Source: Octopus vulgaris
Lineage: Eukaryota
DNA length: 64,000 nt
Direction: 5' to 3'
NCBI GenBank assembly: GCA_951406725.2
Contig: OX597816.1
Span: 139,686,001 to 139,750,000 of the forward strand
The notes beneath the pieces are model-generated. The model ran no database searches. It worked only from the letters and a program-made list of their open reading frames with translations, and was not told the origin of the DNA. Below, piece by piece: positions 12,898 to 27,026 of the stretch (positions are counted from its first letter, which is position 1; each line of letters starts with the position of its first letter). The position numbers and the translations under genes are program-made.

Positions 12898-13919
12898 ATT
12901 TTGGATCCTGGTACTGTTTTGCATGTTTGGACCCCAGATCTCCGGTCTACATGATGACGTTCATAGCATGTGGGGAATCCTTTGGTTGCATGCGTAACAT
13001 GTGTGTAGATTTTAGTTTAGATTCATATCTTTCGCACTGTAATCACTTCCCCATCCCACCTACTTAACATTCCTGTTAATCCCGCACGTTAATTACTAGA
13101 CTAATATTATGTTCCAAGCTACACTTCAGTTCCACCTTCCAGCCATTCTTTACACTAATTATTTCTAAATCCTACACTCCACCTCCATACTCGAACCTGC
13201 GCTTCGGTTCTGCACTCTTGCTCTACAGTCCAGTTCTAAACTCCAATTCTACACTCTAATTCCACACTGCAATCTATGCTTTATTTTCACTGCTACACTC
13301 CAATTACTTGCATACTCCAATCAGTTCTATCTTCAGCTTTCACACTTCTCTTCCACACTCCAGCCACAGAGAAATACAACAGCTGCTAAACTTTGTTAGA
13401 ATATGACATAAGAACTTTGAAATATTTTACTGAAGGTAATAGTATTGTGTTTGGGACACAATTTGAACGGTGTCTTCATAGATGAGTTTAGGTAACTTTT
13501 GTTCCAATATATGCTCTGAGGTCGGTTGCCACTTAGCAATAATAGAAGAATTGTCGGTTGTGGAGTCTAGAGCATAGGAAAGAGGTGACACTTGACGTTC
13601 GGAGCGGGAGGAGGATAAATTAAAGGGAATAAAGAATAATTGAAGAAATTTTGAAAGTAACATAGAGGAAAAGAACAGGGTTTGGAGGGAGCGAAGGAAA
13701 ATGAAAATGAAAAGTGTAAAAATTGTGGAAAAGGGATCAAAAGACTGGGTGAAAGAGATGAATGAGCAAAATGAGAGGAAATACAGTTTGAAAGGAATGA
13801 AAGAGGAGTTGTTTGAAACATCTACAATAAAGAGACGCCTTTAGAGGCTATGTCAACAATATTTAAAGGTCAGTTTGGGGTATCAGAGCTACTGAAAATA
13901 CATACGATTCTGGAGACTA

Positions 13920-14049
13920 CTATTACTGGTGGTGGTGATGGTGGTGGTGGTGGTGGTGGTGGTGGTGGTGGCGGCGGCGGCGGCGGCGGTGGCGGTGAGG
14001 AGGCGGTGGTGGTGGCGGCGGTGGCGGTGAGGAGGCGGTGGTGGTGGTG

Positions 14050-14093
<44 letters not shown>
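13920..14093. repeat. Compound trinucleotide repeat (GGT)n/(GGC)n/(AGT)n
   Basis: Directly visible. Confidence 0.95.
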
Positions 14094-14094
<1 letters not shown>

Positions 14095-15690
14095 TTGGCG
14101 CTGTTTGTTGTCGTGTAAGGCGTCAAAAGTCATGTCTGGCCTTACTCATATGGCGCTGTTAGCGTATATTCCTAAGGAAGATAATAAATTGCACTGCCGA
14201 TTATTATGAAGATCCGACGAAGGTTCACTTTACATGGTCCGATGTAGAAATGGTAAATAAATGCTCCTCAAACCTTACGCCATTATCTTAATGAAAGGAC
14301 ACATACGAAAATGTGTCTTAGATAGACGAGATGTTCGCGGATGGAAAAACTTTGGTCATAAGCCTGCTTGGTTATGTTTGACTGGCACTAAACAGCAACA
14401 AAATAGACCCCACCCCACCTAAACTGATAAGATTGATGCTGTTGTTGTCCAGTTTAAGCAGCTGTTGTTTGGTGTCTGCATTAAAGGAGAAACTTGTTTG
14501 AGGAAGAATTCCATAAGACCTCAGTTCGTGAGAAGATACAATGGGGAAGTACTTCTTGTAGAATTGTGAGTGATAGCAGGGTTACATTATAACCAACTGA
14601 TGCAGTTAATACAGCCCAACAAGGACCTCCTTTTAGCCCTTCCATTATTTAACCGGTGAAGGTTGCGTGGCCTGATGGTTAGAGTGTTGTACTCACCCTC
14701 GCTAGAGCATGGTTTCGATTCTCGTTGCTTCAGTCCAAATAAATAACCCTGCCGTGGAGTGGCATCCTCTTCAGGAAGAATGTTGTTATCTCGATCACTC
14801 ATACGCCATAGAAACCGGGTAACTAACGCTGTGAGTCCTAGGACTCGAGCCAGTCTTTACTATTATCTCAACGACAAGATATTAAGACATAATAAATGTT
14901 TAAAGTGAAACAATAGATTAAAATTTCAGTTTTCTCCTAGGCCATTCTCCATAACATATCCCAAAGCTATATTAAATATAACCCGATTAATTTTTTTTTT
15001 CTATTTCATACTAATTACAAGCAATATTGCCTGTGTTTGTCATAATGAGTCGCTGAGAGAATTGGAAAGAGGCCTGACAAAATAACATGTTTAATGAAAT
15101 TATCATGGCTTTAATATTTATAAACTTACCGAGCACTATGGCGGAGAAAGAATTATATGGATACAAACTCTACTTTGTTTTCTCATTTATAAAGGTGTGG
15201 AGATAAGGACAACAACTTTTACAAACACATTTGTGGAGCTGTCGCATAACAATTTTTAGTTCATTAAAAAAGGAACCATATTCCCTCTTTCTTGTTTTGG
15301 TACTACAACAATCACGCATCACAAAACAAAACAAAACTACAACCAATACCACATATTTTGTACGTTTATGTTGAGAATAGTTGTTACAAACCCTTTCTAG
15401 ACTACATCTACATAATACCATCAGAATTTTCCACGTTTTTCAAATATTCAGTCAATATCACGCTGCACCCGCAACTCCATTCTCTAATATCAACGCAACT
15501 ATTTCGCCACCTCTCTCTCCTTACTTTCATGCTCTCTCTCTTTTTCTCTCTCTCTCTCTCTCTTATGGTTTAATCCAGTGGTTCTCAACTATATTTTGCC
15601 TATGGACCCTCTTTTGATTTTTACCCTACTGGACCTCCATAATCATTCGATGTGTATATATTAAATAATTCTACTGTATTTTTATGATTA

Positions 15691-15781
15691 AGAAGTAATG
15701 CATGTCGCCACTTCAATATGGCTGTTCCGTACGCCAGGCGTACGGAACAGCCATGTTTAAGTGGCGACAAACATTACTTCT
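15691..15781. repeat. ~45-bp-arm hairpin inside the hAT MITE
   Basis: ...TGTCGCCACTTCAATATGGCTGTTCCGTACGCC-A-GGCGTACGGAACAGCCATGTTTAAGTGGCGACA... Confidence 0.93.
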
Positions 15782-15892
15782 CAGTATAGTTACTACTTTA
15801 ATCTATTAGAGAGAATTTGCTTGTTAAATATTATTAGAAATTGTATAAAGAAATTTAAATATTTTGTGTATTGTAGAAGTATAAACAATTTA

Positions 15893-16294
15893 TTACTCTT
15901 TTACTCTTTTACTTGTTTCAGTCATTTGACTGCGGCCATGCTGGATCACCACCTTTAGTCGAGCAAATCGACCCCAGGACTTATTCTTTGTAAGCCTAGT
16001 ACTTATTCTATCGGTTTCTTTTGCCGAACCGCTAAGTTACGGGGACATAAACACACCAGCATCGGTTGTCAAGTGATGTTGGAGGTACAAACACAGACAC
16101 ACACATACATATATATATATATACATATATACGACGGGCTTCTTTCAGTTTCCGTCTACCAAATCCACTCACAAGGCTTTGGTCGGACCGAGGCTATAGT
16201 AGAAGACACTTGCCCAAGGTGCCACGCAGTGTGACTGAACTCGGAACCATGTGGTAGGTAAGCAAGCTACTTACCACACAGCCACTCCTGCGCC
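15893..16294 (-). mobile_element. Full-length SINE family A nested in the hAT MITE
   Basis: Reverse complement is near-identical to 9707-10123 from head to tail. Confidence 0.93.
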
Positions 16295-16559
16295 TACACA
16301 TATTGCACATAATGTTTAGCAAATTCTTATATGGACCTCAGATGAGAACCACTGGTTTAATCAGAAGAGAAAGAGCAGAGTCCATGAACTTTTCCAAGGT
16401 TTCCAGGACAAGTGAGAGATCTGGCCGAAATACTTACCTCAGAGAGGACTTTGCAAAGAGGCTCCTCCACTAACATATTTAATATATCCCCCACTATTTG
16501 AAAAAGCCAAGAAAACAACGAATGAGATTAAAATGACTTTACCTATTCAAGAAATGTAT

Positions 16560-17420
16560 GGCTTTGTATCTAGCTTATCGCAGAACAAAATGCTTTGTGA
16601 TATTTTCTTCGGCTCTTTACGTTCTAAGTTCGAAACACACTGAAGTCGACTTTGCTTTTCATCCTTTTAAGGTCGATAAAATAAGTACTAGCTGAGTACA
16701 GGGATCGATGTAATCGACTTAACCGCTGCCCCAAATTTGCTGGCCTTGTACCAAAATTTGAAATTATTATTATTATTATTAACTAAGTTCAAATTCTACC
16801 GAGGTCGACATTGCCTTTCAGTCTTTCGGGGTCGATAAATTAAGTACCAGTAAAATTCTGGGGTCGATGTAACCGATTTGTCCCCTCCTCCAAAACTTCA
16901 GGCCTTGTGCCTATAATAGAAAGGATTATTATTATTATTATTATTATTATCAAGAATGCGATCAAAATGTTTAGCTGTATTTCGTCAGTCTTGAGGTTCT
17001 GCGTTCAAATGCCGCCGTTGTCGACTTTGCCTTTCATCCTTTCGGAGTCGATAAATTAAGTACCAGTTGAAGTACTGGGGTCGATGTAATCGACTATCCC
17101 CCTCTCCCAAATTAAGTACCAGTTGAAGTACTGGGGTCGATGTAATCGACTATCCCCCTTCTGCCTATAGCAGAAAGGATTATTACTATTAGGAAGGCAG
17201 CGAACTGGCAGAGTCATTAAATCGTCAGAAAAATGCTGTTTGGTATTTCGTCCGACTAATTACGTTCTTGAGTTCAAACTCCGCCAAAGTCGACCTTGCC
17301 TTTAATCCTTTGTGTATGGTTACAAGAAGTAACAACTGGACACTGGAGTCGATGTAAACGACTTACTCCTACCGCTAAAATTGCTAGCCTTATGCCAAAA
17401 TATGAAGCCATTATTGTTAT
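16560..17420 (+). mobile_element. Head-to-tail cluster of four SINE family B copies (Nin/Deu-domain-like)
   Basis: Repeated GAGTTCAAAT (B box)...GTCGACTTTGCCTTTCATCCTTTCGGGGTCGATAAATTAAGTACCAG...(ATT)n tails. The third copy has an internal ~50-bp duplication. Confidence 0.88.
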
Positions 17421-18815
17421 TACTAGCAAAGTTTTTTTTTCCCGACGACTGGGTGTTAGGATTTGCATATACCATAATTCTTGCAAATAAATTTAGTTTA
17501 ACTAAGTCTAATTACTGTTTAACCTTTTTGGGACACCCAGGCCGATTCATCGGCCCAAGTGACGCAAATTGAAAGGATTTTGAGGCCGATTCAGCGGCCC
17601 GATAGAACAAATGTTGTGAGTGGTTGGTTTTGAAGTGTAAAAGCTAATCAGAGATCGTCTTTCAGTAGATAAATCTCAATAGAAAAAGTTTCGTCTTTTT
17701 TGGCTACACATACCAAAACACCGTGTGTCTCCAAAAGAGTTAAATCTTCTTTGTGTGTGTGTGTGTGAGAGAGAGAGAGGTGGGGAGGAGGAGGAGAGAG
17801 CCTTCCAGAATATAAATATGACATTGGAAAGTGAGAGATACCACTCGTTGCAACTAGCGAAGTTGTAGTGCGTGATGCGTAAAAAAACAAAAAAAAAATG
17901 TTTTCATAACTGCGGACATATGAACTGGAATATTAAAAAAAACATATCGCAACATATCAAAATGCGTTTTTAGTTATTCGAATAATTTTTCATCTAATTA
18001 AAAAGGGGGAAAAAATCACCTGATAACACAAATAGATTGGTTGTACTACATCGGCTATAATTTTCAATTCATTGAACCAGAACATAAAACGTCTTTCAAT
18101 GAGAAATTATTAATTGCTAAAGCTAAAAACATAAATAAAAGTAAAAACAAACAAACAAACAAAAACATGATAATGATAATGATAATCATCTTCTTGTGTG
18201 CTGACTGCAACTAAAATGTGCCGAAGTGAGTACATTATGAAAGAATCACTGGCGACGGGAAACAGAAAACTGTCTGAATTGTGATACGGCAGTAAAATAA
18301 ACAAAGTGGTCGTTAATGTCAAATCATTCTTGATATCGTATTCCAAGTGAAGCAATATGTTTACAAATTAATGGATATCTCGTGTAATAATTCCAGTTCT
18401 CATCTATTTGCGATGAGCACAAAGATACTAGCCTAATCCCAATGTGCTATCAATGTTGATATATAGGAACCATAATCCTTGTGTGCTATCATCAACGCAT
18501 TGATATAGGCATTATCCCAGTGTGTTATCAATATATTGTGATATCAATATATGCCAGTAAGAATGATGAAGTAGCCAAATCGTTTAAGGCATGGACAAAA
18601 TACCTTGTGGTATTAAATGACATTACTTTACGTCTGGTTTGTACAAATCCTACCGAGCGAAACTCTATTTTTCATCCTTCCAGAATTGATAAAATAGAGT
18701 ACCAGTTCGGTAGTGGAGCCAATTTAATCGATCAACCCATACCCAAATGTATGATCATATACCCATATTAGAAACGGTTATTTTTTTAATAACATTAAAA
18801 AAAAAAAAAAAAAAA

Positions 18816-19030
18816 GCAGCGAGCTAGCAGAATCGTTAGCACGCCGGAAATGCTTAACGGCATTTATTCACGGCTTCACGTTCTCAGTTCAAATTTCATT
18901 TAAGTCGACTTTGCTTTTCATCCTTTCGGGGTCGACAAAATAAGCAACATTCGAACACAGGGTTCGATATAATCAACTAGACCTCTCTCCACAAATGTCG
19001 GGGCATGTGACTAAAGTAGAAAGGATTATT
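18816..19030 (+). mobile_element. SINE family B
   Basis: GCAGCGAGCTAGCAGAATCGTTAGC head, TTTCATCCTTTCGGGGTCGA core, GGATTATT tail. Confidence 0.85.
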
Positions 19031-21656
19031 AATAATAGTTCACTTATTCCAGATCTATGAACACAGTATCTACGTATTTATTCTTTTCCAGACCGCCTGG
19101 AGAGTAATAGTGCAGAATAATGCGTTCAGTACGAGAAACACAATGAAATAATGAAAGTGACAATTGCATAATCTCACAACTCTATCTACAGAGCCATTAT
19201 CTCACTTTTTCAATTTTATTAAATATGAAATCAGTTAAATTTCGTTTCTTAGACGATAAAGATACTGTTAATGCGGTCATTAGATTGACTTGGACTCCGT
19301 TTTCTGACAATAACATCTTTTAATTTTTCATCAACTCCTTTTTTCTTCATAGCACTTACTTCCTTTAGGGAGTTAAAACAGTTTTCATTCCTTTTATTGC
19401 AAGAGTGCTTTGAAAGCAGCCGACTTTATAAAGAAACAACTTAAAAAATGAAAAAAAAAAAAACTTGTTTGTTCATCTTCATGGCTGAAGGTGGGGACCG
19501 CATGTATAGTCACTCTACCTTGCCACACTGCGGTTTCATGTAACAGTTGTGCATTCGCCAGAGGCTTTGATGTAATCGTTCTGTCTTTGTCGCCCGCGAG
19601 TCCATTTTCTGTCTAGAATCGAATAAATGACTTGTAATCTATTCCTAGAAATTTGACATGAAAAAAATAAATTAAAATTTCATCTACCTTTTTGTTTTTT
19701 TATTTTTTACCACAAAGCAATAATCGACCGACTTGATAACGTCATATTACTGTTGTCGACTACGATGGTCTATTATCTTATCAAAGATGAAGACAAGGGT
19801 CTATCTTGACGAGACTTCAACTCAAAACGTAAACAGACGAGATTAAAATCTGCTTGGCAGTTAATCTGTTGCTCCGCCATTTGTACCAAAACACTACTTT
19901 AGTAAAAGTATGATATATTTAACAAAAGAACAACAATAAATTTCATGTAAATTGTTTTCTTTTTTAACGGATAATTTAATATTCAACAAGTCTCATTACT
20001 GTGAGATTACAAGATTGATTTTAAAAGTCGAAGAAAGTAGAAGTGTAAATGATATATCATGAATTCAACAAGAAAAACTGACGAATTTAAGATAATTACA
20101 GAATCAGTAGTAATCTCTGGTAAGTTGTGAACTAATGAAAAACTGATATTTTTAACTCTAAAAAGAATCTTGTATTTCTTAGAGTTTAAAGTATAAAAAC
20201 GTAAGACGTAGTTGTCCGTGAATCGTAACAGAAAGAAGATGGACGTTTATCGAGAGAAAGATATGAAGTTGAATAAGCGTAAGGAAATGAATAAATTTTT
20301 TTCAAAAATTGAATAGAAAAGACCCTGGAGCAGAAATAAAGAAAAAAAATGCTTAAACAGACGCTTCAATTTTGCAAAAGTTTCTTAGTTATATATAGTT
20401 AGTCTGAGATCAGAACTATCCGGATCAGATACGGTAGACTGATTAGATGAGGTATTCACATTGAAAGGGAATATTGGTTGTCATTTTGGCCTACAATAAA
20501 CTAACAAATGTTGTTTTGAAAAAAATTCTCTAATCTAAGGTGAGTGACAGTTTGGACAAGCCATTTGTGTATACGTATGCACATATATATATATATATAT
20601 TTGTATGAGTGTGCATGTGTTGTCTTTATAAATTTTTTGAATTCCTCCAATAAAGGGGCTGGTTTCTAACAAAGAAAACAAAGAAATAAAGCTTCACTGC
20701 TGGAATTTAGATACCAAAATCAGTTGCATATCCAATTTTATAAAAGTCTTAAGTATTTCCAGTTTTCTGCTTACAGATTGAATTTGTAAAATCTATGTCA
20801 GCTGGTCAAATACATTGCCTTAAACCCTGAGGTTTTGAAGAGGGGGTTAATACTTGTACTACTTAGACAATCATTAACATAACCCAGTGCAGATAGGATT
20901 ATGGGTAATCTGGAGGTGAAGGTTTCAAAGTATCTGTAAATATTGACTTTTACTCAAATATCGAAGGAAATATTCAAGTCCACAGGCCAACTGACTTCTA
21001 TAACAGGTTCGTACGTATGTATGCGTGTTTATAGTAATAAACAAAAGTAGCCTGATATTTTTTAATGACATTTTACCCAAGGAAATTAAGTGTTGATGCA
21101 GCAAACCAAATGCTTGTCCAAAGTACATGGTTAAAATAACTGAGGCATAATCTCAATAATATTAGGAAATCTTAAGTTGAACCTTAGAAGAAAACCATAT
21201 TTTCTCTACATTGTTAACATTTCCTCTTATAGCGACTTCCATATATTTCTTTGACTAAGTGAAGTATATGAGAATCGCATGATCAACACCAGCTTCAATA
21301 TTTATTTAGCATTTCTTTTAGCTAATTAATAGAGGCAGTAGAGCACCACACTAATTGTATCCAGGTTATATACAATTTCAGACTTCTACAAGTTCAAATT
21401 CGTGGCTTGATAAAATAAATATTAAGTATGACAAAATTTGAGGCTTAATATGAGAAATGTCTATATATTTGCATACCAATATTGTTGACTGAGAAAGTAG
21501 TGCATAATTCATCTAAATGACAGTCGACCGACCAAGTTTGTACTCTTCCACCAGTTCTGCAATGTGTCCATACACATTTGCATAAATTTCGCACTAGTAC
21601 AGTTGATACATCAAGATGATACAATTTATATTCACAATATGTTGGTAGTGATTTAA

Positions 21657-21870
21657 GGTGACGAGCTGGCAGAATCTTTAGCACGTCGGGCAAAAAGCTT
21701 AGCGGCATTTCGTCGTTCTTTACATTCTGAGTTCAAATGCCGCCGGAGTCGACTATACCTTTCATCCTTTCAGGGTCGATAAAATAAGCACCAGATGAAC
21801 ATTGGGGTCAATGTAATTGACTTATCTCCTCCCAGAAATTGCTGGCTCTGAACCAATATATTTGTAATGA
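21657..21870 (+). mobile_element. SINE family B
   Basis: Same head and core as 18816-19030. Confidence 0.85.
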
Positions 21871-22876
21871 TTGTAATGGAATTGCAGAAACAATAAAGAA
21901 AATAATCATATGGCTCCAGCTTTACCATTCAGCCTTCTGGGGTGACAAAATGCCAGTCGAATATCAGAATCAATTTCATTATGCCGGTCTTCGTCAACAT
22001 ACAATGGATCATTTTGGGGCAGTAAACTCTAAATCCCTATCCTACCATGAGATACAAGGAACAGATAAAGCTTAACACCAGTTGAAGAACATTGCTCTTT
22101 GTCAAGATTATCAACCATTACCACATTATATCACAACACGTACAGATACCTCAATGTTTTACTCACACATTCCTTCTTCTTCTCTCTACTTATCTATCAA
22201 TCTTTCTCTGAAGCGTACCCCATTGAAAAGAGGTAATGCCAAAGAAAAAGAATGTGTCTATGTCTCTGTTTTAATGTGTGACTTAGAGCATTTACGATAT
22301 CTTAAATGTGACAGAGAATAATCCATATATATAAGTGCGACACTGGCAAGTCAAAATAACCTGATGTTTGGCAAACCTCAGACCACATAGCATCATATGA
22401 CACTGAAAAGTCATATTTTAATACGTAACACACATCAACCGAGAGAGGCGCAGTCATTTACCTTAATGCATGATCCCTTGTAAGACATAAAATTTGATTC
22501 GTAGCTTTGTACAACTCTTATAACATACGATATGATAGCACCAATTATATATTTTGGCATGTGACACACTGCATGTCAACTATCACATGTGACAAAGCTA
22601 ACGACTGACATTGTAAGGTTTTACATTTACAAGTCATGTATGATACATCTTTAGACATATGTTTGAATAAGTGACACATCCCAAGTCATACATACATGAT
22701 ACATCCGAAACTATATATTTTAATGTGACACACCTCAAGTCATACATTGTTATATATGACATAGCCACGTATATGTGTAAGGTTGATAACTCGAGCTATG
22801 CGTCTTAATCTTAGTCATATAATTTAATGTTTGTAACTTATCCCCAAGAGGTATTTTACTATTAACACTGATTTAG

Positions 22877-23053
22877 AGCGGCGAGCTGGCAAAATCGTTA
22901 CCGCGTGGGACAAAATGTTTAGAAGCATTTCTGCTGGATTTAGGTTCTGAGTTCAAATTCCGCCGAGGTCGGAATTTTATCAATCCTTTTGGGATTGATA
23001 AAATAAAGTATCAGTCAAATCTCAGGCCTTGTGCCTATAGTAGGAAGGATTAT
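22877..23053 (+). mobile_element. SINE family B (internally deleted)
   Basis: GCGGCGAGCTGGCAAAATCG head and CAGGCCTTGTGCCTATAG tail. Confidence 0.8.
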
Positions 23054-23356
23054 CGTGATACTGTTTAAATAATTTATCTCGATGTGTGATACAAACGGTT
23101 GGACAACCATTTCGTTGGAAAATATATTGTCACTTGATCGAAAAGTAATGTTTTAAAGCAGACAAAATAGCAACATCAGTAAATACTAGCGTTAATAACT
23201 TCAAAAATATCCTACGAAGCTATTTATTGTTCTGGTTTCAAATGTGTTCACATTCCTTCACTAAATACTCAATACAATTAACAGAAGAATGCAATTTTTG
23301 TAGAATCATTAGAGTAGTAGGTTCGATCTATATTTTGCAATATTTGCTTCTACTAA

Positions 23357-23592
23357 GGCGCATGGCTTAGTGTTTAGGGTGTTAGACTCATGATAATAAG
23401 ATTGTTGTTTCGATTCCTGGAAGGGGCGACGCGTTGTGTTCTTGAGCAACATTTCATTTCACGTTGATCCAGTCCTCTCAGTTGGCAAAAATGAGTGATC
23501 CTGCGACAAATTGGCGTCCCGTCCAGGTGGGAAATATGTACACCATGGAAACCGGCGCTATGTGTCTGTATGACTCGGGAAGGAGCTTTACT
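23357..23592 (+). mobile_element. tRNA-derived SINE family C
   Basis: A box TGGCTTAGTG, B box GTTTCGATTCC, body TTGTGTTCTTGAGCAA...CCTGCGAC...CGTCCAGG. Related copies at about 31765-32010 and 14660-14850. Confidence 0.82.
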
Positions 23593-23614
23593 TTTTTTCT
23601 TACTTCCACTAAGA

Positions 23615-23815
23615 TAGAAACGTTAGAAGTCGTGCAAAATGCTTAGCGGCAGTTCGTCCGTCTTTACGATCAAAGTTCAAATTCCGCCAAGGCCGACATT
23701 GCCTTTCATCTTTTCGGGGTCGATAAAATAAGTAGCTTTGAGTACTGGGGATAGATGTAATCGACTTGTCCCCTCCTACGAAATTGCTGGCCTTGTGCCA
23801 AAATTTGAAATCAGT
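23615..23815 (+). mobile_element. SINE family B
   Basis: GCCTTTCATCTTTTCGGGGTCGATAAAATAAGTA core. Confidence 0.82.
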
Positions 23816-23864
23816 ATTTACTTCCACTACGTTCTGAATTTAAATCTTGCTGGATTCAAGCGCG

Positions 23865-24832
23865 TTGATGATTTATCTATCAATCAATTAGAGTTGGTGT
23901 CTTGTCTATCATTTATAATAGACTTGAAGATTCGCCTGTCAATTATGTGTTGACAACTTGTCAGTCAATTATATTTGAGTTAACGACTTGCCAGTTGATT
24001 ATATTAACGTTTATGACTTGCTTGTCATTCATAACAGTGCTGTTGGTTACCGAATAATAATTTCAGTGTTGATAACTTGTCGGTTAATTATATTAAGGCT
24101 GATGGCTTGACAAGTCAATTAATCTTCGTGATTTGTCAGTCAGTTAATTATAGCGTCGATGACTTGTTAGATAATTATATTAGTATTGGTGACTTCTCAA
24201 TTATATTAGTGCTGATTTACTTGTCAATCAATTATATTAGTGTTGATAACATTCAGTCGATTATATGTCAATCAATTATATTAGTGTTGATAACATTCAG
24301 TCGATTATATTAGTGTTGACTTATTTGTCAGTCAAGGATATTAGTGTTGCTGATTTGTCAATCAATTATATTAGTGTTGACTTATTTGTCAGTCAACGAT
24401 ATTAGTACTGCTGATTTGTCAATCAATTATATTAGTGTTGACTTATTTGTCAGTCAACGATATTAGTACTGCTGATTTGTCAATCAATTATATTAGTGTT
24501 GACTTATTTGTCAGTCAACGATATTAGTACTGCTGATTTGTCAATCAATCATATTAGTGCTGAAGACTTGTCAATCAATTATATTATTAGTGTTCATTTA
24601 CTTTCGATCAATTATAATAGTGTTGATTTTTTTTGTCAATCTATAATATTGGCGTTGATGTTTTGTTTTTTTTTTGTCGATCAATTATGTTAATGTTAAT
24701 TTACTTGTTAATACATTATACTATTATTAATTTATTCGTCAATCAACTGTATTAGCGTTGCTGATTTGTCAGTCAATAATATTAACATCGAAGATTTTAT
24801 TAGTCAATTATATTAATGTTACTGACTTGTGA
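23865..24832. repeat. Minisatellite, ~29-30 bp monomer, with a homogeneous 59-bp dimer core
   Basis: Monomer like TCAATTATATTAGTGTTGATGACTTGTCAG. About four near-identical 59-bp units at 24308-24550. Confidence 0.9.
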
Positions 24833-25223
24833 AAGATTTATGTTATTATTCAAGCGATTAATTACATTTAACCCAAATTTTGACTTTGAATCCAAGAAAC
24901 AGAAACATCAAATACCTCTCCACTTCTGTTCGACTTCAACAACTGGTTGAGATAGAAATCACAAGAGTAATACAACTGGAGTTTTAATATATATTTTATT
25001 GCATCATCGTTTGATGTTAGAAAATCTAGACAAGTTACAATACATTGCACAACGCATGCAATGAAAGTTCCGGTTGTCCCAAACATACAGACTCACAAAT
25101 CCACAACCAAAACACTGCTTTCATTGGTATAATTTTTTTTCTTTAATTGATTTAAATTAATTAGACAGATTTTTTTAATTAAAAAAAAAAAACAGAAAGA
25201 GAGAGCTAAAGAGCTAGAGAGAA

Positions 25224-25257
<34 letters not shown>

Positions 25258-25763
25258 GAAAGAAAAGCAAAACGTTCGAACCTTCGTCCCTTGAGTTTAA
25301 AATGGGGGACGTATTATGCAGAAATTTTCATCTTGTACCACCCGTCTCAAACTAACCAGATGTCCACATAGGTGAATACTAAATTTGAGATTATTTCAAA
25401 AACGTGGGTCGGGGTATTAGTTAAGCAGCTACAAACCACGACCCCCTTCAGATAAATTTTTCTATGTTGGTGGTTGTGCAACAAAAGATAACAATAAATA
25501 AAACAGGTTGTTAATTGAAGAAAAAATTAAACATTAATGCATTTAAATGGGTTTCTAAGGATGGTGTAAGTTATTAGTAGTAAAGAGAGAGAGGGGGGAG
25601 GAAGAAAGGAAGAGGCAGAGAGAGGTGAAAGGGTGTAGATGGCTCTCTACCTTGTACAGCAATATATCAACATAAGTGATATAGTCACACACACTATGTG
25701 AACGTTGCACAAGTTAGTGATGTGTTTTGTGAGACGAACTCATAAAAACCATCATCACTATTA

Positions 25764-25809
<46 letters not shown>

Positions 25810-26984
25810 TTTAATGGCCAGACCATATATGTCTATGTTAGAAACAATTACTATTTACGATACGGTGGTTGGCAGAAGAGTCAAGAGCTCTTGTTTTAAC
25901 GCTTTACGCTGGCCAACTTTGCATCGATCACATTTCTATAGTTTAGGTTCACTACAAATGAGGAGGATGGTTTCACTTTGTCCCTACAGCGACTTGGATT
26001 GCATGAAATACACACTAATATAATTATTTATAATGGAGGCAGGCAATCAAAAACCCAGTTTTTTTTTCCCTGTTTAAAAAAAAAAAAAATTACGCATATA
26101 TATAATAATGATAATAAAACCTTTTGTGTCTTGATTAAAGTAAAAAGAAGAGAGGACGATGAAAATGAAATATAAAAAAAATATAAAAGAAAGGGAACAA
26201 AAACAGAACAAAAACGCCATCTGTTAGTGTTGTCGTTGTTGCTGTTGTTTCGATGAAGGGTTTGTCTCAAAATACACACATGCACTCTCACCCACTATAC
26301 ATATATATACACATATATATATACATACATATATATATACATACCCATATACATATAAATATATACATATACATATAAACACGCATATAGATAGTTATAT
26401 ACATGGTGTATATAAATATATATATATATAGTGTGTGTATATATATATATATAAATAGTGTATATATATATAAGAACACACATAGAGATAATTATATACA
26501 TAGTGTAGTCACACAGTTTCAAGTATTCTCAATGCTTCTAGTGACTGACATTTTCAACGATTTTTGTTTATTATCACTTTACATCACATTTATAAACATA
26601 TACGTAATTAAGACTTATATATACATATATGTATATGTGTTTTTTTTTGTGTGCGTGTATGTATGTATGCATTCGTATGCGCATGTTTGAATACGTGTGC
26701 ATTACGTATACATAAACACATGCATATACAAACACACTTACACACATAACCATGTGCGCACGTGTGTTGATTGTGTTCAGGTAATCTGTGACAGACACGC
26801 ACACACACGCATGCGCAGTTGCATATTACAGAGTAGGGAAAGAGAAAGAGAGAAGACGAGTTCTGTATATCATTACATTGCAACGATATTTACTCATTCA
26901 TTTACAAATGTTTTTCTTCACTCTTCTTTATTGTTTATCATTACAATATTTTATACATAATATTTCTTATTATACATACATCAT

Positions 26985-27026
<42 letters not shown>

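Larger units (their letters stand above)
15576..16354. mobile_element. hAT-superfamily MITE carrying nested insertions
   Basis: TIRs CAGTGGTTCTCA/TGAGAACCACTG and a perfect 8-bp TSD GTTTAATC at 15568-15575 and 16355-16362. Confidence 0.9.

Noticed and set aside
13850-14133. Poly-Gly/Pro/His/Thr ORFs
   Set aside because: Trinucleotide repeat translations without splice or homology support.
24308-24550. Regular repeats as a possible CRISPR array
   Set aside because: The units are contiguous with no unique spacers, there are no cas genes, and the context is eukaryotic.
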